The notes under the pieces were generated by a model. That model was not told the origin of the DNA. It worked only from the letters and a program-made list of their open reading frames with translations, and made no database searches. Position numbers and translations under genes: made by a program. A stretch of 64,000 nt of DNA from Bdellovibrionales bacterium (GTDB taxonomy: Bacteria; Bdellovibrionota; Bdellovibrionia; Bdellovibrionales; UBA1609), in the NCBI GenBank assembly GCA_965203095.1, contig OZ241877.1, forward strand, positions 1,120,001 through 1,184,000, written 5' to 3'. Positions 1-9,034 of the stretch are shown piece after piece. Position 1 is the stretch's first letter, and each line of letters opens with the position of its first letter.

Positions 1-123
1 GAGGGCCTTCCCGTAGGGATCCAGTTGATGGCCCAGCCCTTTAGGGAGCAGGCTATTTTGGACACAGCTCACTTTTTAGAGAAAGCACTTAACTTAAACA
101 AAAAGAGGCCCAATGGATTATAA
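1..123 (+). CDS. gatA: Asp/Glu-tRNA amidotransferase subunit A, C-terminal end (partial)
   Basis: Frame 1 reads EGLPVGIQLMAQPFREQAIL...NGL* (amidase C-terminal GLPVGIQL motif) and overlaps the gatB start. Confidence 0.85.
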   Translation, partial: EGLPVGIQLMAQPFREQAILDTAHFLEKALNLNKKRPNGL

Positions 124-1537
124 AAACTTTTGTCCTGTAATAGGTTTAGAGATTCACGCCCAACTTAAAACTCAGACTAAACTTTTTTCTCCTGATTCGG
201 CCAGATGGAATGAGAAAGAAAACGACCAGATTCACCCCATAAGCTTAGCTTTGCCGGGAGCTTTGCCTGTTTTAAATGAAGAGGCTTTAAAAATGGCTTT
301 AAAAACAGGAATGGCTTTTAAAGGGGAGATACAAAAAGTCAGTGTTTTTTCAAGAAAGCATTATTTTTATCCTGATCTGCCCAAGGGTTATCAAATATCT
401 CAGTCCGACAAGCCTTTTTGCCAAGGGGGTCGGATTGATTTTTTCCTCTCAGGGGAAAAACAATCTGTTGCTTTAGAGAGGATTCATTTAGAAGAGGATG
501 CTGGGCGATCTTTGCATCGGGGGGATAGCTCTCTTATCAACTTCAATAGGGCGGGGATTCCTCTTTTAGAAATTGTCACAAAGCCTGAAATTCCAAACCC
601 TCCCACTGCTTCAGCTTGTGCCCGTGCCGTCCGGAGAATGTTAAGGTATTTAGAGGTTTGTGACGGCAATTTAGAGGAAGGCTCGCTTCGTTGCGACTGC
701 AATGTAAGTGTTCGCCCTAAAGAGCAGACTTCTTTAGGGACAAAGGTGGAGCTAAAAAACATCAACTCTTTTCGTTTTATTGAAAAGGCTTTAACTTATG
801 AAATTGATCGGCAAATAAATTGTTTAAAGGCGGGAGAGAAGATTCGGCAAGAGACCCGGCTTTATGATCCTCATAAAAACGAAACTCGGCCCATGCGTTT
901 TAAAGAGACGGCCAGTGATTACCGCTATTTTCCCGATCCTGATCTCCCTTTTGTGGAGTGGGATCCTGATCTTTTAAAACATTTAAAGCTCCCTGAATTG
1001 GCTTATGAAAAAACAAAACGATTTATCAAAAACTACAACTTAACAACTGAAGAGGCCTCCTATTTGACAGAGGATAAAAGCTCAGCTGATTATTTTGAAC
1101 AAGTGGCTCAAATCAGCCCCGATCCGCAAGTGGTCAGCCATTGGTTTCGTGGGGAATTGCAGGCCCATTTAAAAGAGAAAAAGCAAAATTCATGCCCTAT
1201 TTCAGTGGAGGACTTTTCGCAGTTGTTTCAGCTCATTTCAAAGGGGGACATTTCCAACAAAATGGCTAAAGAGATCTTTGCTGAAATGTGGGACACAAAA
1301 CAAGCCCCACAAAAAATCATTCAGAAGAAAAACTTAAAACAAATTTCTGATGAAGGCCAGTTAAAAGAAATTGTGAGTCAAATATTGCTTGAACATCCCT
1401 CGCAACTTAAGGATTACAAAAAGGGCAGGACCAAACTTTTTGGTTTTTTTGTGGGGCAGGTAATGAAACAAACTCAAGGGCAAGCCAACCCTCAAAAGCT
1501 GGCGAAAATTTTAAAACAAAAACTGGGTGAATCTTGA
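113..1537 (+). CDS. gatB: Asp/Glu-tRNA amidotransferase subunit B
   Basis: VIGLEIHAQL, RKHYFYPDLPKGYQISQ, HLEEDAG, YRYFPDPDLP, GFFVGQVMK motifs. Confidence 0.98.
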   Translation: MDYKNFCPVIGLEIHAQLKTQTKLFSPDSARWNEKENDQIHPISLALPGALPVLNEEALKMALKTGMAFKGEIQKVSVFSRKHYFYPDLPKGYQISQSDKPFCQGGRIDFFLSGEKQSVALERIHLEEDAGRSLHRGDSSLINFNRAGIPLLEIVTKPEIPNPPTASACARAVRRMLRYLEVCDGNLEEGSLRCDCNVSVRPKEQTSLGTKVELKNINSFRFIEKALTYEIDRQINCLKAGEKIRQETRLYDPHKNETRPMRFKETASDYRYFPDPDLPFVEWDPDLLKHLKLPELAYEKTKRFIKNYNLTTEEASYLTEDKSSADYFEQVAQISPDPQVVSHWFRGELQAHLKEKKQNSCPISVEDFSQLFQLISKGDISNKMAKEIFAEMWDTKQAPQKIIQKKNLKQISDEGQLKEIVSQILLEHPSQLKDYKKGRTKLFGFFVGQVMKQTQGQANPQKLAKILKQKLGES

Positions 1538-2433
1538 GAGTTGCAGGAATAGATATTGGCTCTAACACAAGCCTTCTTTTAGTGATGGAAAAAACTCCAG
1601 AGGGTTTTGAGGTTCTTTCTGATGAAATTTATTTTACTCGTTTAGCAGAAAACATTGAACGGACATCCTGTTTTAGTGAAAGTGCTTTGATTCGTTTGGA
1701 ATCGGCTTTTTCCACAATGAGGAAAATACTTGATTTTAGGCCAGTGGATTTTATGTCTATTGTGGCCACCAGTGCGTCCCGGCAGGCAAAAAATAAAAAC
1801 CGCCTGTTTGAATTGGGTGAAAAATACAATCTATCCCCAATAAAAATCATTTCCCCTCAAAAGGAGGCTCATCTGACATTTATAGGAGCTTTTTTTGGTT
1901 TGGGTTGTGAGCCTCGTTACCCTTTAGTTGTGGATATTGGTGGAGGCTCTACGGAATTGATCAGCCCTAAATCCTATTGGAGTTTAAGGATGGGAAGTGT
2001 CTCTCTAACAGAAAATTTTTTAAGCTTGTCAGGTCTCACTTCAGAGGAGAGGCAAAACCTCAGCCGATATATTCAACAGAGGCTTAAACCTTTAGAGTCT
2101 TTTTTAAAAGAGGATTATACTGCTGTGATTTTTACAGCGGGAACTCCTACCACTCTAGCTTTTATGGAAAAGGAAACTGCTGATTCCAACCATGTCCATG
2201 GCTTATTACTAACAGAAGATAAGGCTCAGTTTTGGTTGGAAAAACTATCCACCATGAGTGTGGAGGAGAGGAAAGATATCCCCTATCTGCCAGAGCATCG
2301 GGCCGATGTGATTGTGGCAGGTCTTAGTCTTCTGACAGAAATTTTAAAAAAGACAGGGAAAAAGGAATTTATCGTCTCCGCCACAGGTGTTCGTTATGGT
2401 CTGGCTTTAGAGCGTTTTCAAATGGCTGTTTGA
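1534..2433 (+). CDS. ppx: Ppx/GppA family exopolyphosphatase
   Basis: IDIGSNT, ATSASR, VDIGGGSTE, RADVIVAG, GVRYG motifs. Confidence 0.9.
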   Translation: MRVAGIDIGSNTSLLLVMEKTPEGFEVLSDEIYFTRLAENIERTSCFSESALIRLESAFSTMRKILDFRPVDFMSIVATSASRQAKNKNRLFELGEKYNLSPIKIISPQKEAHLTFIGAFFGLGCEPRYPLVVDIGGGSTELISPKSYWSLRMGSVSLTENFLSLSGLTSEERQNLSRYIQQRLKPLESFLKEDYTAVIFTAGTPTTLAFMEKETADSNHVHGLLLTEDKAQFWLEKLSTMSVEERKDIPYLPEHRADVIVAGLSLLTEILKKTGKKEFIVSATGVRYGLALERFQMAV

Positions 2434-2548
2434 TTTTTTATTCAGTCCTGCATATAAAACTGATCTAATAGTTCCTACCAGCTGACACATAAAAACAGCT
2501 GAGCTTTTAAAACTCCCATCCGATTTTCCCTTCATTTTCAAAATCAAG

Positions 2549-2624
2549 TGGTGGCTCGGAACGGAATCGAACCGCCGACACAAAGATTTTCAGTCTTCTG
2601 CTCTACCGACTGAGCTACCGAGCC
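2549..2624 (-). tRNA. tRNA-Phe (GAA)
   Basis: Reverse complement GGCTCGGTAGCTCAGTCGGTAGAGCAGAAGACTGAAAATCTTTGTGTCGGCGGTTCGATTCCGTTCCGAGCCACCA; 76 nt, encoded CCA. Confidence 0.97.
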
Positions 2625-2760
2625 TTTATCTTAGTCTTTAATCAGATTTTAGCTCATCTGGCAAGAAAAACCAGTAGGTTTAAATTCTATTTCATATTGC
2701 ACAGAGGCCAGAAGATTTTAAAACTGAGCTAAAAAACTTAAGGAACTCTTTTACAGGCGA

Positions 2761-3891
2761 TTAAGCGGAAGAATGAGCTAAAGCCTGTTTCAGATCCTGG
2801 ATAAGATCATCTTTATTCTCTAAGCCTAAGCTCAAACGGATGAGGCCAGCTGTCACTTTGGAGTGACTATGGGAGCTATGGGTCATTGTGAGAGGATGTT
2901 CGGCCAAAGATTCTACAGCACCTAAGCTTTCTGCCAAAGTGAAAATTTTTAGACTTTTCAAAAATTTTACTGCCGGAGCTTGTCCTCCTTTGATTAAAAA
3001 ACTCAACATACCTCCAAAACCAGACATTTGCTTTTTGGCTAACAAATGCCCTGGATGCTCCGGAAGGCCCGGATATAAAAGCTGTTCCACTTGAGTATGT
3101 TGGCTTAAAAATTCTGCAATATGAAAAGCGTTTTCCTCATGCCTTTTCATTCTCACACTTAAAGTTTTTAAACTTCTTAAAAGAAGATAGGAGTCAAAAG
3201 GAGAGAGCACTGGCCCAATCGTTTTGTTGAAAAAAGAAAGAGATTTTTTTAAATCCATCCCCTTGCAAACCAATAAGCCAGCCAAGCAGTCACTGTGCCC
3301 ACCAATGTATTTTGTGGCCGAGTGTATTACAATATCTGCCCCCAAATTTAAGGGTTTTTGAAAAAAGGGGCTGGCAAAAGTATTATCCACAACCAATAAA
3401 GTGTTTTTAGCTTTGGCCTGTGCCACTGCTTTTATATCAATGATTTTTAAAAGAGGATTGGTCGGGCTTTCTAACCAAATCATCTTAACTTCAGGTTTTT
3501 GATTCCAACTCACTTTTTCTAATTTGGAAAAATCTAAAGTTTGCACTTTAAGGCCCTGCACCCGCTCAAGATGTTTTAAAAGGCGAAGAGTCCCTCCATA
3601 AAGATCTTCCTCTGCTAAAACCAGATCTCCGGGATTTAAAAGCTGAAGGATAAGGTGCATGGCCGAACAACCGGAAGAAAGAGCTAAGGCAAAATCCCCC
3701 CCCTCTAACTCTGCAAAGCATTTTTCTAAAGTGTGCCTTGTGGGGGTAGACACTCTGGAATACTCATACTCTGAGGGCTGGCCCGGTTCTTTTTGGGCAA
3801 AAGTAGTGGCGGTGACAATAGCTGGAGTCACAGCTCCTGTTTTTTTATCTATTTGTTGCCCTGCATGAATGGCTTTGGTTTCAAACTTCAT
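2761..3891 (-). CDS. PLP-dependent transsulfuration enzyme (cystathionine gamma-synthase/lyase)
   Basis: YEYSR, ESPTNP, VDNTF, HSATKYIGGHSD (PLP lysine), LAESLG, IRLSLGLE; start moved to the ATG with a GGAG RBS. Confidence 0.93.
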   Translation of the reverse strand: MKFETKAIHAGQQIDKKTGAVTPAIVTATTFAQKEPGQPSEYEYSRVSTPTRHTLEKCFAELEGGDFALALSSGCSAMHLILQLLNPGDLVLAEEDLYGGTLRLLKHLERVQGLKVQTLDFSKLEKVSWNQKPEVKMIWLESPTNPLLKIIDIKAVAQAKAKNTLLVVDNTFASPFFQKPLNLGADIVIHSATKYIGGHSDCLAGLLVCKGMDLKKSLSFFNKTIGPVLSPFDSYLLLRSLKTLSVRMKRHEENAFHIAEFLSQHTQVEQLLYPGLPEHPGHLLAKKQMSGFGGMLSFLIKGGQAPAVKFLKSLKIFTLAESLGAVESLAEHPLTMTHSSHSHSKVTAGLIRLSLGLENKDDLIQDLKQALAHSSA

Positions 3892-3944
3892 TTTTGCTCC
3901 TAAGAGATAAGATTTTTTTGGCACAACTTAGAAAGAAAGTTTTT

Positions 3945-5867
3945 TCACCTGCTACCGTTTTTAGATCGGGGGCGAGACCCAGCACCTTCAGTATCATATC
4001 TGGTTTGAGTAGGTTCATCTAAGTAGCCATTATGCTTTTTTATTCTCTCACATTTTTTAACCACGCGATCATCAGAGGAGCAATTGCAATCGTCATTTGC
4101 AATGTTTATTTTGTCCGCATAATCCGCTAAAGCCCCTGAGGCTTGGGACATTTCGTCCATATCCTCTTTTACCCCTTTAGATTTTAAATAAGCGATAAGC
4201 TCCCTTTCACGAGTAAGCTCCATCTGTTTTTGCATAAGCTGTTGCTTTGTAATGGACAACTGCCTTTGCAAAACAAAAATATCCTTGGATTGAGTGAGTA
4301 GGATTTTTTTTGCTCTTTCGTATTGTTGGGTCGCCTCTTGATATTTTTTTTGATGTGCAGATAAAACTCTGTTCATCCTTTGAGCATAACTTTGGACCAA
4401 CTGATTTTGTTCTTGAGTGGCCTGCTGGTTGAGTTGAGCCAACTGCTGTTTCGTTATTTGCAAATTGGCTTGATACTGTTCTTGTTTTTGCTCAATCAAT
4501 CTCAAACTTTGTTGGTAGCTGTCAGCCACTTCTTTAAAATCTGTAGCTCTTCTTTTTAGGCAATCTGAGTGATATCTCCTCAACAAAGAGTTCTCTATAG
4601 AGGCAAAAGATCTCCTCTTTTTGTTGAGCAGGGTGGAAAGAGAGATTTGCAAACTTCCGCTCCGGATGGCCTTCTTCCTTTTTTGTCTATATCGGGCCAA
4701 CCGGGCTTGAGATTGGCTTTCGCACTCCATAACGATTTTCCGCCTTTCCCTCCGGTAATTCCTATTGGCTTGGGCAGTGGCATTTTCAAACTCATGTGAG
4801 ATTTTTAAAGATTCATTGAGTTTAGCTTGAATTGAGGACATAGCTTGAGAGACCGCTTGAGAGATTTTCGCTTTGTTTTGCGTAAGCTCAGCCTCTAACT
4901 CTGCCTTTGCCTGCTCTGTTTCTCTCTCAAATTTTTTTGTTTCAGTGAGAAAAGTCTCTTCTATCTCATTGAGATTTTGGTTCAGTTGGTTTTCTTTTTC
5001 CACAATATCTTGTTCTGATTCTTGAATTTTCTCTTCCAACTCTTCTATACTGTCATTGATTTTGTCTCTTTTTTCTTTAGCGGTTTTAAGATCTTCCCCC
5101 GACTGTGCCGGGCATTTTGTTTGGCTATGGATCCTCACACAATCGTATTCTCCAAAGTTCTCTTCAGTAGGGCACATTTCACAAGCAGTAATGGCCGAAG
5201 AGCAACGGATCTTGCCACCGGAAAACTCTTGGCATTCTCTTGTAAATTCCGAATGGGCAGAGCTCATTTCTTTAACTGCTGTTTCACATTTTTCCGCTCG
5301 TCTTAATTTCTTTTCATAAAGGTTGATCTCCTCCTCACATTCCCTGATTTGCTGGATATATTTTTCTTTTATATCTGTTAATGTCTCTTCTATTTTAGAC
5401 AACCTTTCAAGCTCTCCTTGTTTACTCCTTAATCGAGAGATGATACCTTCCGTAGCTGATTCTTGGTTTTCAGTAATTTTGAGGCAAGGGGACTCATCCC
5501 CTGGATTGTCAGTAGCTGAATCATCAGATGGATCCCCATTAGTAGAGGCTAATATAGTTCTTTGTTCAGCTATAGCCGATGGGAATGGTCCAGTTATTGG
5601 CAAATTTGTTTGGGTTTTAGGTTGATCCGGCGAGCTTCCGGCTGAAGGTAGAGGTTGTGTTCTGCTTTTAACCGCTGTATCAGTTGATTCACTGCCTCTT
5701 TCATCTGCATTCGGCTTTTCAGCCCATGCGGGATGGAGGAGCTTATTTTGAGCTAAAAAAAATATTTGGCCTGTTTTTAAGTATTTCTGCTTTTCTGGCC
5801 AAAGGCTTAGGCCCAGCAGTAAAGCAAAAAGCAGGAAAAAAAGTAAAGTTTTTTTATAAAGAAACAC
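3945..5867 (-). CDS. Putative secreted/membrane-anchored long coiled-coil protein with Cys clusters
   Basis: Hydrophobic N-terminus, S/T/P/D-rich linker, E/Q/K heptad-rich body, Cys clusters; no family recognised. Confidence 0.7.
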   Translation of the reverse strand: MFLYKKTLLFFLLFALLLGLSLWPEKQKYLKTGQIFFLAQNKLLHPAWAEKPNADERGSESTDTAVKSRTQPLPSAGSSPDQPKTQTNLPITGPFPSAIAEQRTILASTNGDPSDDSATDNPGDESPCLKITENQESATEGIISRLRSKQGELERLSKIEETLTDIKEKYIQQIRECEEEINLYEKKLRRAEKCETAVKEMSSAHSEFTRECQEFSGGKIRCSSAITACEMCPTEENFGEYDCVRIHSQTKCPAQSGEDLKTAKEKRDKINDSIEELEEKIQESEQDIVEKENQLNQNLNEIEETFLTETKKFERETEQAKAELEAELTQNKAKISQAVSQAMSSIQAKLNESLKISHEFENATAQANRNYRRERRKIVMECESQSQARLARYRQKRKKAIRSGSLQISLSTLLNKKRRSFASIENSLLRRYHSDCLKRRATDFKEVADSYQQSLRLIEQKQEQYQANLQITKQQLAQLNQQATQEQNQLVQSYAQRMNRVLSAHQKKYQEATQQYERAKKILLTQSKDIFVLQRQLSITKQQLMQKQMELTRERELIAYLKSKGVKEDMDEMSQASGALADYADKINIANDDCNCSSDDRVVKKCERIKKHNGYLDEPTQTRYDTEGAGSRPRSKNGSR

Positions 5868-5875
5868 TATAAAAA

Positions 5876-5903
5876 CTATCGGCTATTTTGGCCTAAAACT
5901 CAA
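5876..5903 (-). promoter_or_regulatory. Possible sigma-28 (FliA) promoter
   Basis: Minus strand TTGAGTTTTAGGCCAAAATAGCCGATAG versus consensus TAAA-N15/16-GCCGATAA; the -35 is imperfect. Confidence 0.35.
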
Positions 5904-5968
5904 GCCCTGTTTTAAATTTCCCCACTTTTTAGCTCAAAAACTTAAAAAAAGCCTTACAAATCCTGCCC

Positions 5969-5997
5969 TTGACCTTTTTTTAACTCAATGATAAGCT
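5969..5997 (+). promoter_or_regulatory. Sigma-70-type promoter upstream of the PBP1A gene
   Basis: TTGACC-N17-TAAGCT. Confidence 0.45.
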
Positions 5998-6100
5998 TTT
6001 TAGCTTTTAGGGCCTTCCATAAATTGGTTTTTATGGCTAAAAAGTAGCTAGCCGAACAGTCCGAGAGCTTTATTAGCCAGGTTGTTCACAGGCTACTACT

Positions 6101-6294
6101 TAGCTCTCTGTGAAAAAGCTTTGTCCTTTATCGCATAAGTAAAAGCCAGCGGTGAGGGTCCAAGGTATTGCCGTCCTGAACAAGCTGGACTTTTGCTTAT
6201 GCGATCTATTAAATGTAGACTTTTTTATGGGGGATTAAATATTAACCAGCCAAATAGTCGAGGACTTTTTAACAAGGTTTTTCACGGAGGGCTA
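6101..6294. repeat. TIR-bounded palindromic MITE-like element, arm type A
   Basis: TIRs TAGCTCTCTGTGAAAAAG / GTTTTTCACGGAGGGCTA; inner inverted repeat 6130-6150/6184-6205 around core TGAGGGTCCAAGGTATTGCCGTCCTGAA. Confidence 0.85.
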
Positions 6295-6343
6295 AACAAA
6301 AATAGCTTTTAAAAAAACAACATACAATGTATGAAAATCTATT

Positions 6344-9034
6344 ATGAAAACTCACTGGAAAAAAAGTTTTTGGTTTAAAATTGTTCTGATTTTTTTCGGA
6401 ATTTTCATTCTTTTCACCTCCTATTTTGCCTATATTTTTTTGAGCTTACCTCAACTGTTGAAAATCAGCGACTATCGCCCGCCCCTACTCAGTCAAGTTT
6501 ATGACAGAAATGGGGAAAAGGTCGGAGAATTTTGGAAAGAGCGACGGCTCCTTGTCCCTTATGAGGACATACCTCAATATGCCATTCAGGCTTTTATCTC
6601 TGCTGAAGATGGGCGGTTTTTCTCTCACAAAGGGCTTAATTACAAAGCCATCCTCCGGGCTTTTATAGCCAACCTTAAAGCCGGTAAAAAAGTTCAAGGT
6701 GGTTCCACCATCACACAACAACTGGCCCGGACCCTTCTTCTCTCTAAGGAAAAAACTTACACAAGAAAACTCAAAGAAGCCATTTTGGCTTTGCGGATGG
6801 AAAGCTCCTTAAGCAAACAAGACATCCTTTATATCTACCTCAATCAGATCTATTTTGGACATGGGGCTTATGGTATAGAGATGGCCTCTCGAACTTACTT
6901 TAGAAAGTCCGTCAAAGATATAAGCTTAGCCGAATCCGCTTTACTGGCAGGACTACCTAAGGCTCCGAGTCGGTTTTCCCCTGTATTTTATCCTGATCGA
7001 GCCAAAAGCCGTCAAATTTACACTCTCAATCGGATGAGGCAAGAGGGCTATATCAATGAAGAGGAGATGAAACAACATTCCGAACAAGATATTTCTGTTT
7101 TTGTCCGGAAAGATTTTAATGAGGAAAGCCCTTATTATACAGAGACTGTTCGCCGGCTTCTGCTCACACATATTGAGTCAGAGGATCTTTTGCAGTCAGG
7201 ATTAAAAATATGGACAGCTATGGATCTGGAAAAACAAAAATTGGCCCGTGAGGCTTTGCGAAAAGGGTTGGAGGATTGGGATCACCGTAAAGGTTGGCGA
7301 GGGGTGCAAAAAAACTTATCAGATCCCATTGAGCGAAAAACCTGGACCGAAAAAAGAGACAGCACACTTCGATCACAAATTCAAAGGCATGTGACTCTTC
7401 CGGGCTTTGTTCTATCCATAAACGAAGGGGAGGAGGAAATACCGGAAGAATTTTTTGAAGAATTTAAAAAAAAGTTTGCAGAACTGGAAAGTCAAAAACT
7501 CTCTCGCTCTTTTTGGTTTAAAAATCGTCAGTTTTTAGAGGGTAAAATTTTTTCTGCTATTATTTCTGAAGTAAAAAAAGAAGAGATAAAAATTTTAACC
7601 CCTTGGGGAGAGGAAGTTCTCAATTTAAAAGATTTTGAGTGGGCTGTTCCTGTCGATAAAAAAGAAAAGGCTCCCCTTTTAACCACTGCTAAAGATATTT
7701 TTAAACCACAAGATGTCGCTTTTTTTCAAGTTAAAAAAGAGGCTGAGCTACCTCCTGATTTTGACAAAAACTCTATCCCTCTCTCCCTTTATCAAGAGCC
7801 TTTAGCTGAAGGTTCGCTACTCTCTTTTGACTTGCAAAATTCAGAAGTCATTGCTCTTGTGGGAGGCTATGATCATTTAAGATCCCAATACAATCGAGCC
7901 TATCAGTCCCGCCGGCAATCGGGTTCTGTTTTTAAACCCTTTGTTTATGGAGCGGCTTTAGAGCGGGGCTTTCACCCTGCCAGTTTAATTAGCGACTCCC
8001 CTGTTGTTTTTTCTCCTAAAGCGGCGGAGGAGCAATCCGAAAAAGAATCAGAAAACTTAAACATAGAAAACATGTGGAGGCCGGCCAATATCAGCGATCG
8101 CTTTTTAGGAGATATTCTGTTTAGAAAGGCACTGATTCGCTCTTTGAATGTGCCCACAGTGAGAATTATGGAAAAAATTGGCCTCAGCTGGCTGAAGTTT
8201 TATGTCCGCCGGTTAGGAATATTTAGTCCTTTAAATTCTGATTTCACAGTGGCTTTAGGCTCTAGCTCTTTAACTTTGTATGAAACTTTAAAAGCCTTTT
8301 CCGTTTTTGCTCGTCAGGGGCGAGGCTTAAAACCTATTTTAATTCGCCGGGTAGAGTCTTCATCTGGGGAAGAGATCCTCTCTGATTTGAGTATGGATGA
8401 GTTTTTTAAAGAAGAGATAGCCTTAGCTAATGAATATGTGCAGAAGGAAAAAACCAAGTGGATTAAAAAAGGACTTGCAGAAGATAAAAAAAGCTCCTTT
8501 CAAAAACGATGGGAGATTTTATTTCAAGAGGGTTCTGAAGAGCTTATTCCAGCTGGAAACAGCTATGTGATGATGAATCTTTTGTCCGCAGTCATTACTG
8601 ATAGGGAGGGCACAGCACGAAGAGCTTTTGTTTTGAATCGCCCACTTGGAGGAAAGACCGGGACAACAGATGGCTATTACGACACTTGGTTTGTGGGGGC
8701 CTCTCCTTTTATTTCTACAGCAGTATGGCTGGGTTTTGATTCGGAAAAAAGCTTAGGAAAGGGGGAAACAGGGAGTCGCACTGCTCTTCCTCTGTGGATT
8801 CAATATATGGATAAAAGTCATAAGGATATTCCTCCAACTCACTGGCCTGTCCCTGAAAATGTGGTTTTTGCCAATATTGATGCTGACACAGGAGCTTTGG
8901 TTTCAAAAAAAAGTAAAGAGGTGATTCAGCAAGCTTTTATAAAGGGGACAGAGCCTCAAATAGGAAAAGCTATTTTAGATAATCCCCTTACAACCAATGA
9001 GGCCGATTTTTTAAGAGAGGATCTGTCCCGCTAA
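6344..9034 (+). CDS. mrcA: Class A penicillin-binding protein 1A
   Basis: EDGRFFSH, GGSTITQQL, RKLKE (transglycosylase); SVFK, SLN, KTG (transpeptidase). Confidence 0.95.
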   Translation: MKTHWKKSFWFKIVLIFFGIFILFTSYFAYIFLSLPQLLKISDYRPPLLSQVYDRNGEKVGEFWKERRLLVPYEDIPQYAIQAFISAEDGRFFSHKGLNYKAILRAFIANLKAGKKVQGGSTITQQLARTLLLSKEKTYTRKLKEAILALRMESSLSKQDILYIYLNQIYFGHGAYGIEMASRTYFRKSVKDISLAESALLAGLPKAPSRFSPVFYPDRAKSRQIYTLNRMRQEGYINEEEMKQHSEQDISVFVRKDFNEESPYYTETVRRLLLTHIESEDLLQSGLKIWTAMDLEKQKLAREALRKGLEDWDHRKGWRGVQKNLSDPIERKTWTEKRDSTLRSQIQRHVTLPGFVLSINEGEEEIPEEFFEEFKKKFAELESQKLSRSFWFKNRQFLEGKIFSAIISEVKKEEIKILTPWGEEVLNLKDFEWAVPVDKKEKAPLLTTAKDIFKPQDVAFFQVKKEAELPPDFDKNSIPLSLYQEPLAEGSLLSFDLQNSEVIALVGGYDHLRSQYNRAYQSRRQSGSVFKPFVYGAALERGFHPASLISDSPVVFSPKAAEEQSEKESENLNIENMWRPANISDRFLGDILFRKALIRSLNVPTVRIMEKIGLSWLKFYVRRLGIFSPLNSDFTVALGSSSLTLYETLKAFSVFARQGRGLKPILIRRVESSSGEEILSDLSMDEFFKEEIALANEYVQKEKTKWIKKGLAEDKKSSFQKRWEILFQEGSEELIPAGNSYVMMNLLSAVITDREGTARRAFVLNRPLGGKTGTTDGYYDTWFVGASPFISTAVWLGFDSEKSLGKGETGSRTALPLWIQYMDKSHKDIPPTHWPVPENVVFANIDADTGALVSKKSKEVIQQAFIKGTEPQIGKAILDNPLTTNEADFLREDLSR

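Noticed and set aside
6042..6100. Hairpin downstream of the 5969 promoter as a c-di-GMP riboswitch or SRP RNA
   Set aside because: Lacks the diagnostic motifs; better explained as a decayed short copy of the TIR element
6151..6183. Repeat core as a hammerhead ribozyme (TGAG...GAAA)
   Set aside because: No copy has the required CUGANGA core or a third stem with an NUH site
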